Assembly: GCA_900320285.1 (NCBI GenBank)
Contig: ONRQ01000021.1
Span: 2,705 to 66,704 of the forward strand
Direction: 5' to 3'
From: an uncultured Eubacteriales bacterium
GTDB taxonomy: Bacteria > Bacillota > Clostridia > Peptostreptococcales > Anaerovoracaceae
DNA length: 64,000 bases
The notes under the pieces are model-generated. The model did not search any database and was not told the DNA's origin. It saw nothing but the letters and a program-made list of their open reading frames with translations. How positions within the stretch are numbered: the first letter of the stretch is position 1; the number at the start of each line of letters is the position of its first letter. Made by a program: the position numbers and the translations under genes. Positions 24,414 to 33,060 of this stretch are shown here, one piece after another.

Positions 24414-25496
24414 ATGAAAGAAGATAAAGCGATAACCGCCGTTGGAGTTCTGGCAGTGATACTGGGCCTGCTCATGATGTCTGTAGGCAGATTCATCATG
24501 GGCGGCATCACTCTGCTGATCGCGTTCGGAATTTTCTGGAACCGCGGCGGGGGAACCCGGAATGACCGCAGCATCTATGAGAAAATCGTAAAGACTGATA
24601 TGAGCATCACCGAGATCTACGAAAAGCTGAAGGATCTCGACACGCCGCTCGGAAAGCCATGGATAGCTGAACACAAGGGTTTCGCCGGTGAAAGCATCGT
24701 GTTCGGACCGTGCAGTTTCAAAGACTGCGTGGTGATTTCGCGAAGCAAAAATAACATCGATATAAAACATGTTACCAGGCTCGAGAACATCATCAGAAAA
24801 GAGGAAGACGAGTACAGGTTTGATAACCTGGTAAATCCGCAGGAAGCTGAAGTGACTCCTGAAAGATATGCAGTATTTGCCGGATTCAAGCTTGCGTCAG
24901 TTATGCTGGTAAGACACCTGACGGAGCTGATAGGAAAACTCCATGAGGACAGAGGTGCAAAGGTACCTGAGACCATGGACTTTTACAGGTTTTATTATCA
25001 CAATTCGGCCGAAGGTTACTTCAGGGATTCAGACGGCAATGACGTGCTCAGGGTAGAGACTTCACTGCGCCCGTTTACAGCAAAAGTATTCGATGCGGAT
25101 GGCAATGAGATGGCATCTGTGGTGCCTCACGCTTTCGATAAAAAGGGATACCCTGCAGAGTCTGCCGGCTTTGAGCTGTTCTCGGACGGAGAGCATTTCG
25201 GAGAGATCAGACGTTTCCGGGACTCACGCGGAGAAGGCTTTGAGGCAGATACCGATGCAGGAGTTTTCACAATGATACTCTTCCCGTCATGCATGAAGGC
25301 AAGGATCTCCTGCAACTACATGATAGAGCACGAGGGAAAGCTGAAAGCGGTTATCGGAGGCTCTCCGAATCTTCTGTTTGATGAGTATGGCAGGTGCAGA
25401 AATGACATCATAAATTCATATGATGATGACTATCTGGTACTCTACGCAATCGCTGAGATCTTCATACTTACAAACAACAGCAAGTTCCTTAAATAG
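24414..25496 (+). CDS. Hypothetical membrane-anchored protein
   Basis: 360-aa ORF with two N-terminal hydrophobic segments. I recognise no motif with confidence. Confidence 0.6.
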   Translation: MKEDKAITAVGVLAVILGLLMMSVGRFIMGGITLLIAFGIFWNRGGGTRNDRSIYEKIVKTDMSITEIYEKLKDLDTPLGKPWIAEHKGFAGESIVFGPCSFKDCVVISRSKNNIDIKHVTRLENIIRKEEDEYRFDNLVNPQEAEVTPERYAVFAGFKLASVMLVRHLTELIGKLHEDRGAKVPETMDFYRFYYHNSAEGYFRDSDGNDVLRVETSLRPFTAKVFDADGNEMASVVPHAFDKKGYPAESAGFELFSDGEHFGEIRRFRDSRGEGFEADTDAGVFTMILFPSCMKARISCNYMIEHEGKLKAVIGGSPNLLFDEYGRCRNDIINSYDDDYLVLYAIAEIFILTNNSKFLK

Positions 25497-25506
25497 AATT
25501 AATAAA

Positions 25507-25521
25507 ATTGATAATATCAAT
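25507..25521. promoter_or_regulatory. Perfect 15-bp palindrome overlapping a -35 element (candidate operator)
   Basis: ATTGATA-A-TATCAAT. TTGATA (25508-25513), 18-nt spacer, TGcTACAAT (25529-25537), upstream of the gene at 25579. Confidence 0.45.
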
Positions 25522-25578
25522 ATTCGCGTGCTACAATTAAACAGTTAAAATGTTGGGAATATAGAAGAGGATAAACTT

Positions 25579-26682
25579 ATGAAAAAGATACTTATCCCAA
25601 TCGAAGAAACACCTCGCAGTCTGAAATCGATCGCATACGTTAAGAAGCATTACTCCCCGGAGGATGCGGATATCGTACTTATGATGATAGACGAGAGACT
25701 CGGATATTCGGTCAGGAGCGACGTGGAAAGTGCTGCTGTCAGGGAACTCGATGAAAAACTCAATCTCATAGCTGAAGAGTTTGACGGATACAAGGTTACA
25801 AAACTGTCAGCTGTAGGTAAAGCAGGAGTAAGGATCGTCAGAGCGGTACGCGAAACCGGAGCAGATCTCGTAGTCATGACTAAGTCTTCCAAGGAGGACA
25901 TGCTGAATTCTGTCGGAACGACTACCGAATATGTGATCAACAACTGTCCTTGTGAAGTTGTCATCGTAAGCGAACAGGCTCATTCACGCCATGAGTACAG
26001 AGGCCTCGTATATAAGACGGCAAAAGGAACTGTCAACCTCAGGGGGCAGCTTGGCGACAAGCAGAGTGAATGCCTGCTTCCGAGTGTCAATCAGGACTGC
26101 ATATATCACATAAACGTTACGGTAGGAAAGATCAGATTCTTCCACACAGCATATAATCCGGACACCAGAAACTGGGATCTTCCGCCTATCCCAGGTCAGG
26201 ATGTAACTCTTGATATCGCAGCAGGAGAGGCAAAGGACATTCTCGTCAAGGCTGACAGCACCGACGGAAAGGCTGACAGGATCAGAATAGTCAACAGGGA
26301 CATGAGAAAAGAGGCAGTGTTCGAATTCAGGATCACAGCAGCTCCTGAGAATCACGAACCGGCACCTGCTCCTGAGAGAGAAAAGACGCCTTTCGAAAAG
26401 CGCGATACACTCGAGGTGCCTAGAACAGGCATTCCTGCGAATTTTGAAGCACCCGAAATACCTACCTTTATAGCCGAAGCAAAAGCTGAATTCGACGCTC
26501 TTGAAAAAGAGATCGCAGATGCTGCAGCAGCTAAAGAAGACCTGAAAGCTTCTGCTGAAACCAAGGTCTATGATGCAGCCAGCTTCGCGGACTACCTGGT
26601 TGATGAGGTAAAGAGCAAGGAACCTGCAGACAAGTCGTTCAAAGATTCCAATACGCTTTTCTCAGTTGAGATAAACGATTAG
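25579..26682 (+). CDS. Universal-stress-protein-like domain fused to an uncharacterised C-terminal region
   Basis: The N-terminal ~135 aa follow the USP pattern (KILIPIEE....ADLVVMTK....CEVVIV) but lack the G-x2-G ATP motif. The remaining ~230 aa are unrecognised. Confidence 0.65.
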   Translation: MKKILIPIEETPRSLKSIAYVKKHYSPEDADIVLMMIDERLGYSVRSDVESAAVRELDEKLNLIAEEFDGYKVTKLSAVGKAGVRIVRAVRETGADLVVMTKSSKEDMLNSVGTTTEYVINNCPCEVVIVSEQAHSRHEYRGLVYKTAKGTVNLRGQLGDKQSECLLPSVNQDCIYHINVTVGKIRFFHTAYNPDTRNWDLPPIPGQDVTLDIAAGEAKDILVKADSTDGKADRIRIVNRDMRKEAVFEFRITAAPENHEPAPAPEREKTPFEKRDTLEVPRTGIPANFEAPEIPTFIAEAKAEFDALEKEIADAAAAKEDLKASAETKVYDAASFADYLVDEVKSKEPADKSFKDSNTLFSVEIND

Positions 26683-26708
26683 AATGTCTTTCAACCTGGA
26701 ACGTCAGA

Positions 26709-26737
26709 TTGACAGAAGAGCGGAGTAATGGTATCCT
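26709..26737 (+). promoter_or_regulatory. Putative promoter of the SCIFF precursor gene
   Basis: TTGACA (26709-26714), 17-nt spacer, extended -10 TGgTATCCT (26729-26737). Confidence 0.5.
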
Positions 26738-26771
26738 ACATAAGGATTAAAAACTGACGGAGGGATTCAAA

Positions 26772-26921
26772 ATGAAGAGAATCAAGACTATCACAACAAG
26801 AGATATGGCTGAGTCCAGAGTCACCGGCGGATGCGGTGAGTGCCAGACTTCATGCCAGTCTGCAAGCAAGACTTCCTGCAGCGTTGCAAATCAGCATTGC
26901 GAGCAGCGCAAGGAAAAGTAA
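26772..26921 (+). CDS. scfA: SCIFF-family ranthipeptide precursor (five-Cys variant), 49 aa
   Basis: My own translation: MKRIKTITTRDMAESRVTGGCGECQTSCQSASKTSCSVANQHCEQRKEK. SD GGAGGG lies 7 nt upstream. The ORF is absent from the track because it is under 60 aa. A SPASM radical-SAM gene follows immediately. Confidence 0.9.
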   Translation: MKRIKTITTRDMAESRVTGGCGECQTSCQSASKTSCSVANQHCEQRKEK

Positions 26922-26932
26922 GATGCTTACGG

Positions 26933-26966
26933 CGGCGCTGCATGATGCAGCGCCGTTTTTTCTTTT
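26933..26966 (+). terminator. Intrinsic terminator between precursor and maturase genes
   Basis: 10-bp GC-rich stem CGGCGCTGCA/TGCAGCGCCG followed by TTTTTTCTTTTT. Confidence 0.7.
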
Positions 26967-26987
26967 TGTCTCACTTAAGGATAATCA

Positions 26988-28412
26988 ATGATACACATAT
27001 ATAAACTAAACGGATTCAATATGGTAATAGACGCGGCGAGCGGGGCAGTACACTCGGTCGACGAGGTCGCTTATGATGCAATAGAAAAACTGGATGCAGC
27101 CATATGCGATGCTGAAGGCAGAGCGAATGATGTTTTCAGTGACAAGGAACTGATGGATTCTATTGCGTCTGAGATCGTTCAGAAACATGGGATCACCGCG
27201 GAAGAAGCGGATGAGACTCTTGAAGATATAGCAGAGCTCCACGAAAACAGGCTGCTGTGGTCTGAGGATCCTTTCGAACAGGCTGCTGATGAGATCAAGA
27301 TAAAACAGTCAGTCCTCAAAGCGATCTGCCTCCACGTGGCACACGGCTGCAACATGGACTGTGAATACTGCTTTGCAGGCAAGGGCGACTACAGCGGCAA
27401 GAGCGGCATCATGAGTGCCGAAGTCGGAAAGCGCGCTCTGGATTATCTGGTGGAGAATTCCGGAACACGCAGGCATCTTGAGGTGGACTTTTTCGGAGGC
27501 GAACCTCTGATAAACTGGGATGTTTGCAAAGAGATAGTTGCGTATGGAAGAGAGCTGGAAAAGAAGCACAACAAGGTCTTCAATTTTACTCTTACAACGA
27601 ACGGAGTGCTCATCGATGATGACGTGATAGAATTCACCAACCGCGAAATGGGCAATGTTGTACTCAGCATGGACGGCAGGAGGGATACTCATGACCGTAT
27701 GAGACACAGCAAGACCGGGGGCGGTACATACGATATGATAATGGATAACTTCAGGTCTCTCGTGGACTCGCGCCTGAAAAATGCCGAAAGATCCTCCGAA
27801 TACTACATGCGCGGCACGTACACCGCATATAACAAGGATTTTGCAGCTGACGTGCTGGCGATGGCAGACCTCGGATTCAGGGAAACGTCTATTGAACCTG
27901 TTGTATCTGATCCGGATGTACCATACGCCCTGCATGAAGAGGATCTGCCTCAGCTCTATGAGCAGTATGAAAAGCTTGCCCTCGAGATGCTCGAGCGTGA
28001 AGAGCGCGGTGAAGGCTTCAGCTTCTATCACTATACGGTCGATCTCACAGGCGGTCCGTGCATATACAAGAGAGTCGCGGGGTGCGGAGTCGCGACAGAA
28101 TATCTGGCAGTAACACCGACCGGAGATCTGTATCCGTGCCACCAGTTTGTGGGCGATGATAATATGATAGTCGGCAATATATATGATGGTATAACACATC
28201 CTGAGACAGTCAATATCTTCAGGAGCGGCAACAATATCTATACCCGTGACGACTGTAAAAGCTGCTGGGCACGACTGTATTGCGCCGGAGGCTGCGCTGC
28301 AAACAACTACCACTCCAATGGCGACATCAATAAGGTTTACCGCTTTGGCTGCAAACTCCACAGAAAGCGCATAGAATGCGCCCTTATGATGGCGGCCGCA
28401 CGTGAAAAATGA
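26988..28412 (+). CDS. scfB: SCIFF peptide maturase (radical SAM/SPASM thioether-forming enzyme)
   Basis: CNMDCEYC (CxxxCxxC) cluster, FFGGEPL, and a C-terminal SPASM Cys pattern CKSCWARLYCAGGCAANN. Adjacent to the SCIFF precursor. Confidence 0.9.
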   Translation: MIHIYKLNGFNMVIDAASGAVHSVDEVAYDAIEKLDAAICDAEGRANDVFSDKELMDSIASEIVQKHGITAEEADETLEDIAELHENRLLWSEDPFEQAADEIKIKQSVLKAICLHVAHGCNMDCEYCFAGKGDYSGKSGIMSAEVGKRALDYLVENSGTRRHLEVDFFGGEPLINWDVCKEIVAYGRELEKKHNKVFNFTLTTNGVLIDDDVIEFTNREMGNVVLSMDGRRDTHDRMRHSKTGGGTYDMIMDNFRSLVDSRLKNAERSSEYYMRGTYTAYNKDFAADVLAMADLGFRETSIEPVVSDPDVPYALHEEDLPQLYEQYEKLALEMLEREERGEGFSFYHYTVDLTGGPCIYKRVAGCGVATEYLAVTPTGDLYPCHQFVGDDNMIVGNIYDGITHPETVNIFRSGNNIYTRDDCKSCWARLYCAGGCAANNYHSNGDINKVYRFGCKLHRKRIECALMMAAAREK

Positions 28413-28428
28413 TACAATTAAGACAACT

Positions 28429-29085
28429 ATGAGAACAGCTATACTTGCATCACAGAACAAAAATAAGATAAAAGAGATCAGGGCTATACTTGAGAAGTTC
28501 GGCCTTGATGTTATCTCGCGCGATGACGCGGGCATCCCGACTGACGACATAGAAGAGACGGGGACTACATTTGAAGAAAACTCTCATCTGAAGGCGAGCG
28601 TTATCATGGACATGATAGCGGCCGATCCTTCCCTTGAAAAGTATCTTGACAGCCCGGTTATCGCAGATGATTCAGGTCTTATGGTAGATGCCCTCGGCGG
28701 TGCACCCGGAGTTTACAGTGCCAGATATGCCGGTGAGGGATGTACCTATGATGATAACAATACCAAGCTGCTTGCCGCCCTTGACGGTGTGCCTGAAAGT
28801 GAAAGAACAGCAAAATTCGTGACGGTGATCACTCTGATATATCCGAACGAAAAGGGCGTTCCTGAAGCTGCGGTACCTCAGGACGGAAGGTATGTTCTGG
28901 TTGCCAGTGGCGAGTGCAGAGGACATATCGCGACTGAGAAAAAGGGAGAGGGCGGTTTCGGTTACGATCCGGTATTTATACCGGATGGATACAGCAATTC
29001 TTTTGCGGAACTTGGAACGGATTTCAAGAACACAATAAGCCACAGAGCTAAAGCTCTTGCGGAACTGGAGAGACTGCTCGGCTGA
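28429..29085 (+). CDS. rdgB: RdgB/HAM1 non-canonical purine NTP pyrophosphatase
   Basis: ILASQNKNKIKEI..., DDSGLMVDALGGAPGVYSARY and GFGYDPVF motifs. The start (28429 or GTG 28402) is uncertain. Confidence 0.85.
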   Translation: MRTAILASQNKNKIKEIRAILEKFGLDVISRDDAGIPTDDIEETGTTFEENSHLKASVIMDMIAADPSLEKYLDSPVIADDSGLMVDALGGAPGVYSARYAGEGCTYDDNNTKLLAALDGVPESERTAKFVTVITLIYPNEKGVPEAAVPQDGRYVLVASGECRGHIATEKKGEGGFGYDPVFIPDGYSNSFAELGTDFKNTISHRAKALAELERLLG

Positions 29086-29106
29086 TGCCGGCCTGCAACT
29101 GATATC

Positions 29107-29277
29107 ATGAGTGATGAATTCTGGGACAGCACATCTGATAATCCGGAACAGAAGAAGCTCCATCTTACATGGAAAAGAGTTCTGAAAATATGCTTCCATT
29201 TATGGAGGCAGTTTGACGACCAGTATTATGCGGGATTTGCCGCTTATCGTACTCACTCAGGTGCTGGGTATCTTTGA
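29107..29277 (+). pseudogene. 56-codon ORF resembling a displaced YihY N-terminus (possible frameshift fragment)
   Basis: My own translation ends ...LKICFHLWRQFDDQYYAGFAAY, then runs out of frame relative to the YihY ORF starting at 29213. Confidence 0.35.
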
Positions 29278-30211
29278 TGTCTCGATGGACTTTATCAGAG
29301 ACTGGCTCGAGATGCATCTTTCGACCGAGATGGGCAGTTTCCTTCAGAGCCTGTTCTCCGCATCATCCACTGCATTGAGCAGCTTCTTCATGATACTCCT
29401 CGCTCTCTGGGCGAGCTCATCCCTTGCTTTTTCGCTATCGAGACTGACTACATACACTCTTAGCTACGGCAGATACAGATTCAGCTTCTTTACAGAGAGA
29501 CTCAAGGCTATCCCGATTGCCGCATTTTCCATACTGGCAGTTGCCATAACCGTAGTAGGCTATGTGTACGGCGACCTTATTGCGAGAAGAGTCTTGCAGA
29601 ATACATATATTGAGGGCCTTATTTCAGATCTCAGGACGCCTATTCTTGCAGGAATGTTTTTCATTGTTATTCTTGCAAATTACTATCTGCTCCCGCGTAT
29701 ACGTGTACCGGTCAGTGCGGTTCTTCCCGGAGCTGTTGTTGCGACCATCGGGATATTGATAGTAACATGGCTGTATTCGCTGTATATTTCCAAGGCTACA
29801 AATTACAACGTTCTTTACGGAGCGTTCTCAAACATCGTAGCCATGATGCTGTGGTTCTACCTCATAAGCTGGGTGCTCTGCATAGGTATGATGTTCAACA
29901 AGTCATGGGATATACACATGAGGAGGGGCAGACTCACTCCTGCAAAGATCAAGGAATATCTTCTCAAACAGTACGGCGCCAACGGTGAGGAGAAGTGGAA
30001 CAAACTCATTATAGGCGATTACGATATGGTAGACAGATCGCTTGACAGCCTTGCGGTAAGAATGTCGAGAAAGTTCGATCCGGGTTACGACGAGAAGCGC
30101 GAAAGAGAGATCGCTGAACTCGTTGAGACCATGCAGGTCATGGAGATGATCGAAGACGAGATCGAGACACGTAAGGCGGAAATTGAGGCAGGCGATGATG
30201 ATGAGGATTAA
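29213..30211 (+). CDS. YihY/BrkB family membrane protein, N-terminus apparently truncated or frameshifted
   Basis: Multi-TM protein with LYGAFSNIVAMMLWFYLISWVLCIGMMFN, typical of YihY. The track start is TTG with no SD. Confidence 0.7.
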   Translation: MTTSIMRDLPLIVLTQVLGIFDVSMDFIRDWLEMHLSTEMGSFLQSLFSASSTALSSFFMILLALWASSSLAFSLSRLTTYTLSYGRYRFSFFTERLKAIPIAAFSILAVAITVVGYVYGDLIARRVLQNTYIEGLISDLRTPILAGMFFIVILANYYLLPRIRVPVSAVLPGAVVATIGILIVTWLYSLYISKATNYNVLYGAFSNIVAMMLWFYLISWVLCIGMMFNKSWDIHMRRGRLTPAKIKEYLLKQYGANGEEKWNKLIIGDYDMVDRSLDSLAVRMSRKFDPGYDEKREREIAELVETMQVMEMIEDEIETRKAEIEAGDDDED

Positions 30212-30249
30212 ACTTTAAACATGATTTCATTTCCGGAGGAGACGGTATA

Positions 30250-31155
30250 ATGCACGACAGAAAGAAACTGCTTTTTATTATGAATCCGAAGGCGGGGCTC
30301 ATGCAGGCTCCGAAATACATGGCGGATATTATAGACCGATTCTCGGGAGCGGGTTATCTGACTCAGGTATTGATGACCAAAGCCGGGGGCGACTCAAAAA
30401 ACTTTGCAGCTGAATACGGCGGAGAGGCCGATGTAGTGGTGGTCTCGGGCGGTGACGGAACATTGAACGGGGTCATAGACGGACTCATAAGCGGGGGACA
30501 TAAAACTCCGATCGGATATATACCGGCTGGATCAACCAATGACTTCGCCAATTCTATAGGCCTCCCGAAATCAATAATGGAATGTGTTGACGTGGTGATC
30601 AACGGTAAGCCGCAGGCTGTTGATATAGGAAGCTTCAACGGCCGTTACTTCAGCTACGTGGCGAGTTTTGGCGCATTTACATCGACCACATACACTGTAC
30701 CGCAGAATATAAAGAATATTATGGGACACTCTGCATACGTGATGGCAGGTGTTAAGGAGCTTGCACATATCAAACCGATACATGCCAGGGTCACGCTTGA
30801 GAAGGGCACGCCGGACGAACAGGTACATGAAGGGGACTATGTTCTCGGTGGAGTATGTAATTCGAGATCAATAGGCGGCATCGTCAATCTTCAGAAGCTT
30901 GATGTCGATATGAATGACGGTCTGATGGAAGTGATCCTGATCAGAATGCCGAAGGACCTGATAGAACTCAGCGATATAACTTCCAGTATCCTCGGAGGGT
31001 CATTCAAGTCGCATCAGATAGAAAAATATTCGGTGCATAAGGTGACGTTTGAACTGGATGAAAACGTTCACTGGACTCTTGATGGTGAATATGAGAAGGG
31101 CAGTGGGGTATGCGAGATCGATACGCTTGAATCGGCAATCTCGCTGATAAAATAA
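30250..31155 (+). CDS. Diacylglycerol/lipid kinase family protein (YegS/DagK-like)
   Basis: VVVSGGDGTLNGV motif and PAGSTNDFA. Confidence 0.85.
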   Translation: MHDRKKLLFIMNPKAGLMQAPKYMADIIDRFSGAGYLTQVLMTKAGGDSKNFAAEYGGEADVVVVSGGDGTLNGVIDGLISGGHKTPIGYIPAGSTNDFANSIGLPKSIMECVDVVINGKPQAVDIGSFNGRYFSYVASFGAFTSTTYTVPQNIKNIMGHSAYVMAGVKELAHIKPIHARVTLEKGTPDEQVHEGDYVLGGVCNSRSIGGIVNLQKLDVDMNDGLMEVILIRMPKDLIELSDITSSILGGSFKSHQIEKYSVHKVTFELDENVHWTLDGEYEKGSGVCEIDTLESAISLIK

Positions 31156-31167
31156 AAGGGGATAGCT

Positions 31168-31830
31168 ATGATAATAAAATACGCAGGACATGCATGTTTC
31201 AAGATCCTTGATGAAGAGACCGGTTATTCAATAGTTTTTGACCCGTATGAACCGGGCTCGGTCAAAGGGTTCAGGGACATAATAGATGCAGCGAGCGAAG
31301 TGCTCTGCTCGCATGATCACTTTGATCATAATTACAGAGACGCCATAGTGCTTGAGCCTAAAGATGAAAGCCCGTTTGAGGTAAAGTGGATAGATACGTT
31401 CCACGATCCAAAGAAAGGCGCTCTCAGGGGAAACAACAGGATATACGTGGTAACTCACAAAACGACCGGAGAGAAGCTTGTGCATTATGGCGATATCGGT
31501 GAGGTGCTCGATGATCTTCTGACCGAAGAGAATCTCGAACTCCTCAAAGACGCAGATATAGCTCTTGTCCCGGTAGGCGGCGTATACACCTACGACCGTC
31601 AGGAGGCTCTCGACCTTATCGAGAGAACGACACCTAAACTGGTGCTTCCGATGCATTACAGATCAGAAACCGCTAAATTCGGATTGCCTAATATCGACAG
31701 TATCGAGAACTTCATAAAGGATGCTGCCGGCAGAGGACATGGAATAAGCGTGGGGCGGGTGTGGTTCATCAACACTGCTGAATACGATCTTGACGCAGAC
31801 ATACTCGTGCTGCGTCCGCAGAATATATAG
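31168..31830 (+). CDS. MBL-fold metallo-hydrolase (UPF0173-like)
   Basis: MIIKYAGHACFKI start and the CSHDHFDH metal motif. Confidence 0.75.
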   Translation: MIIKYAGHACFKILDEETGYSIVFDPYEPGSVKGFRDIIDAASEVLCSHDHFDHNYRDAIVLEPKDESPFEVKWIDTFHDPKKGALRGNNRIYVVTHKTTGEKLVHYGDIGEVLDDLLTEENLELLKDADIALVPVGGVYTYDRQEALDLIERTTPKLVLPMHYRSETAKFGLPNIDSIENFIKDAAGRGHGISVGRVWFINTAEYDLDADILVLRPQNI

Positions 31831-31871
31831 ACTAAAGCTTTACCTCAGAAACTGTTAAAGGAGGATATAAG

Positions 31872-32147
31872 ATGTTTAAACTGATCATAGTACTTGCAGT
31901 TGCATATGTTGTATTGAAGGTTATTAACACAAGAGCTAAATTTGCGGAAGCCGATGCCAGGCGTGAAGCCGAAGAGCAGCGTCTGAGAGAGGAAGCAGAG
32001 GCTGCAGCCGAAGACGAGCTGACACGCGAAGAGGCGGTTGACGTAGACGCAGAAGTAATCGAAAACGAGCCTGAAGAGGTTGTTGATGTTGAGGCAGAGC
32101 CGGTCGAAGACGTAGCTGAAGCTGCCGCAGCCGAGGTCGTAGAATAA
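31872..32147 (+). CDS. Small membrane-anchored acidic protein, unknown function
   Basis: N-terminal TM FKLIIVLAVAYVVLKVI, then an E/A/D-rich tail. Good SD (AAAGGAGG). Confidence 0.5.
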   Translation: MFKLIIVLAVAYVVLKVINTRAKFAEADARREAEEQRLREEAEAAAEDELTREEAVDVDAEVIENEPEEVVDVEAEPVEDVAEAAAAEVVE

Positions 32148-32166
32148 TCAACGGAGTTTACAGGAA

Positions 32167-33060
32167 ATGATAAGAAGCATGACAGGATTCGGCAGAGGTG
32201 AGTACTCTGACGAGATCAGCAAGGTAACAGTAGAGATAAGATCCGTAAATCACAGATATCTGGATATCTATGTAAAAATGCCGAGGCGTTATTCATTCGC
32301 TGAGGAAACAATAAAATCGGCCATCAAGGAAAGACTCCATCGCGGTAAGGTGGAGGTAAGTGTGAGCGTTGATAATATAGGCAAGAGTGACAGCGACATA
32401 AGGCTCGATAAAGAGCTTGCTGCCCGCTATTACAATGTGCTATCGGAGCTCAGAGACAGCTTTGACTTCGGAGAAGAATCGCGCGTTTCACTCAGCCTTC
32501 TATCGAAGATGCCTGATGTAATAGTCACGACACCGGCTGCTGAGGATGAAGAAGCGATGGCAAAGAGGCTTCTCGGAGCGACAGCAAACGCACTTGATGA
32601 TTTCTGCAGCATGAGAGAGGCAGAAGGAGAAAAGCTTGCGGCAGATCTTTCCGCAAGGGCAGATACAATTCAGGAGATCAGGGACCGCATTGAGAAAAGA
32701 GCTCCTGAAATCGAAAAAGAATATGCAGCAAAATTCAAGGCCAGAGTAGAGGAGATACTCGGAGGCGTCTATGAGGTGCCTGCAGAGAGAATCGCTCTTG
32801 AAGCGGCAATATTCGCGGACAAGGCAAATATAACGGAGGAACTTGTAAGACTTGGCAGCCATATAAGCCAGCTCAGAAAGTTCCTGCAGTCAGACGGCAG
32901 GGAAGCTATAGGAAAAAAGATAGATTTTCTTATCCAGGAGATGAACCGTGAGGCTAACACCATAGGTTCCAAGTCAAATGACGGGGAAATCACTTCCAGC
33001 ATGCTCGAACTCAAGGCCGAGATCGAGAAGGTCAGAGAGCAGGTGCAGAACATAGAGTGA
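32167..33060 (+). CDS. yicC: YicC family stress-induced protein
   Basis: MIRSMTGFGRG start, SVNHRYLD, and C-terminal IDFLIQEMNREANTIGSKS. Confidence 0.9.
   Translation: MIRSMTGFGRGEYSDEISKVTVEIRSVNHRYLDIYVKMPRRYSFAEETIKSAIKERLHRGKVEVSVSVDNIGKSDSDIRLDKELAARYYNVLSELRDSFDFGEESRVSLSLLSKMPDVIVTTPAAEDEEAMAKRLLGATANALDDFCSMREAEGEKLAADLSARADTIQEIRDRIEKRAPEIEKEYAAKFKARVEEILGGVYEVPAERIALEAAIFADKANITEELVRLGSHISQLRKFLQSDGREAIGKKIDFLIQEMNREANTIGSKSNDGEITSSMLELKAEIEKVREQVQNIE

Noticed and set aside
27309-28550. 413-aa ORF antisense to the SCIFF maturase. Similar long antisense ORFs occur at 42130-43404 (opposite gdhA), 37656-38675 (opposite addA), 19321-20022, 20433-21119, 50222-50902 and 58796-59566.
   Set aside because: Each lies entirely opposite a gene with unmistakable family motifs. 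None has an SD or promoter or any motif I recognise, and their composition is odd (Cys/His/Ser/Arg-rich). These are typical shadow ORFs produced by the codon bias of the real gene.
31936-32151. 71-aa Arg/Leu/Pro-rich ORF antisense to the small acidic membrane protein gene.
   Set aside because: It is the complement of a GAA/GCN-rich acidic coding region, with no translation signals.
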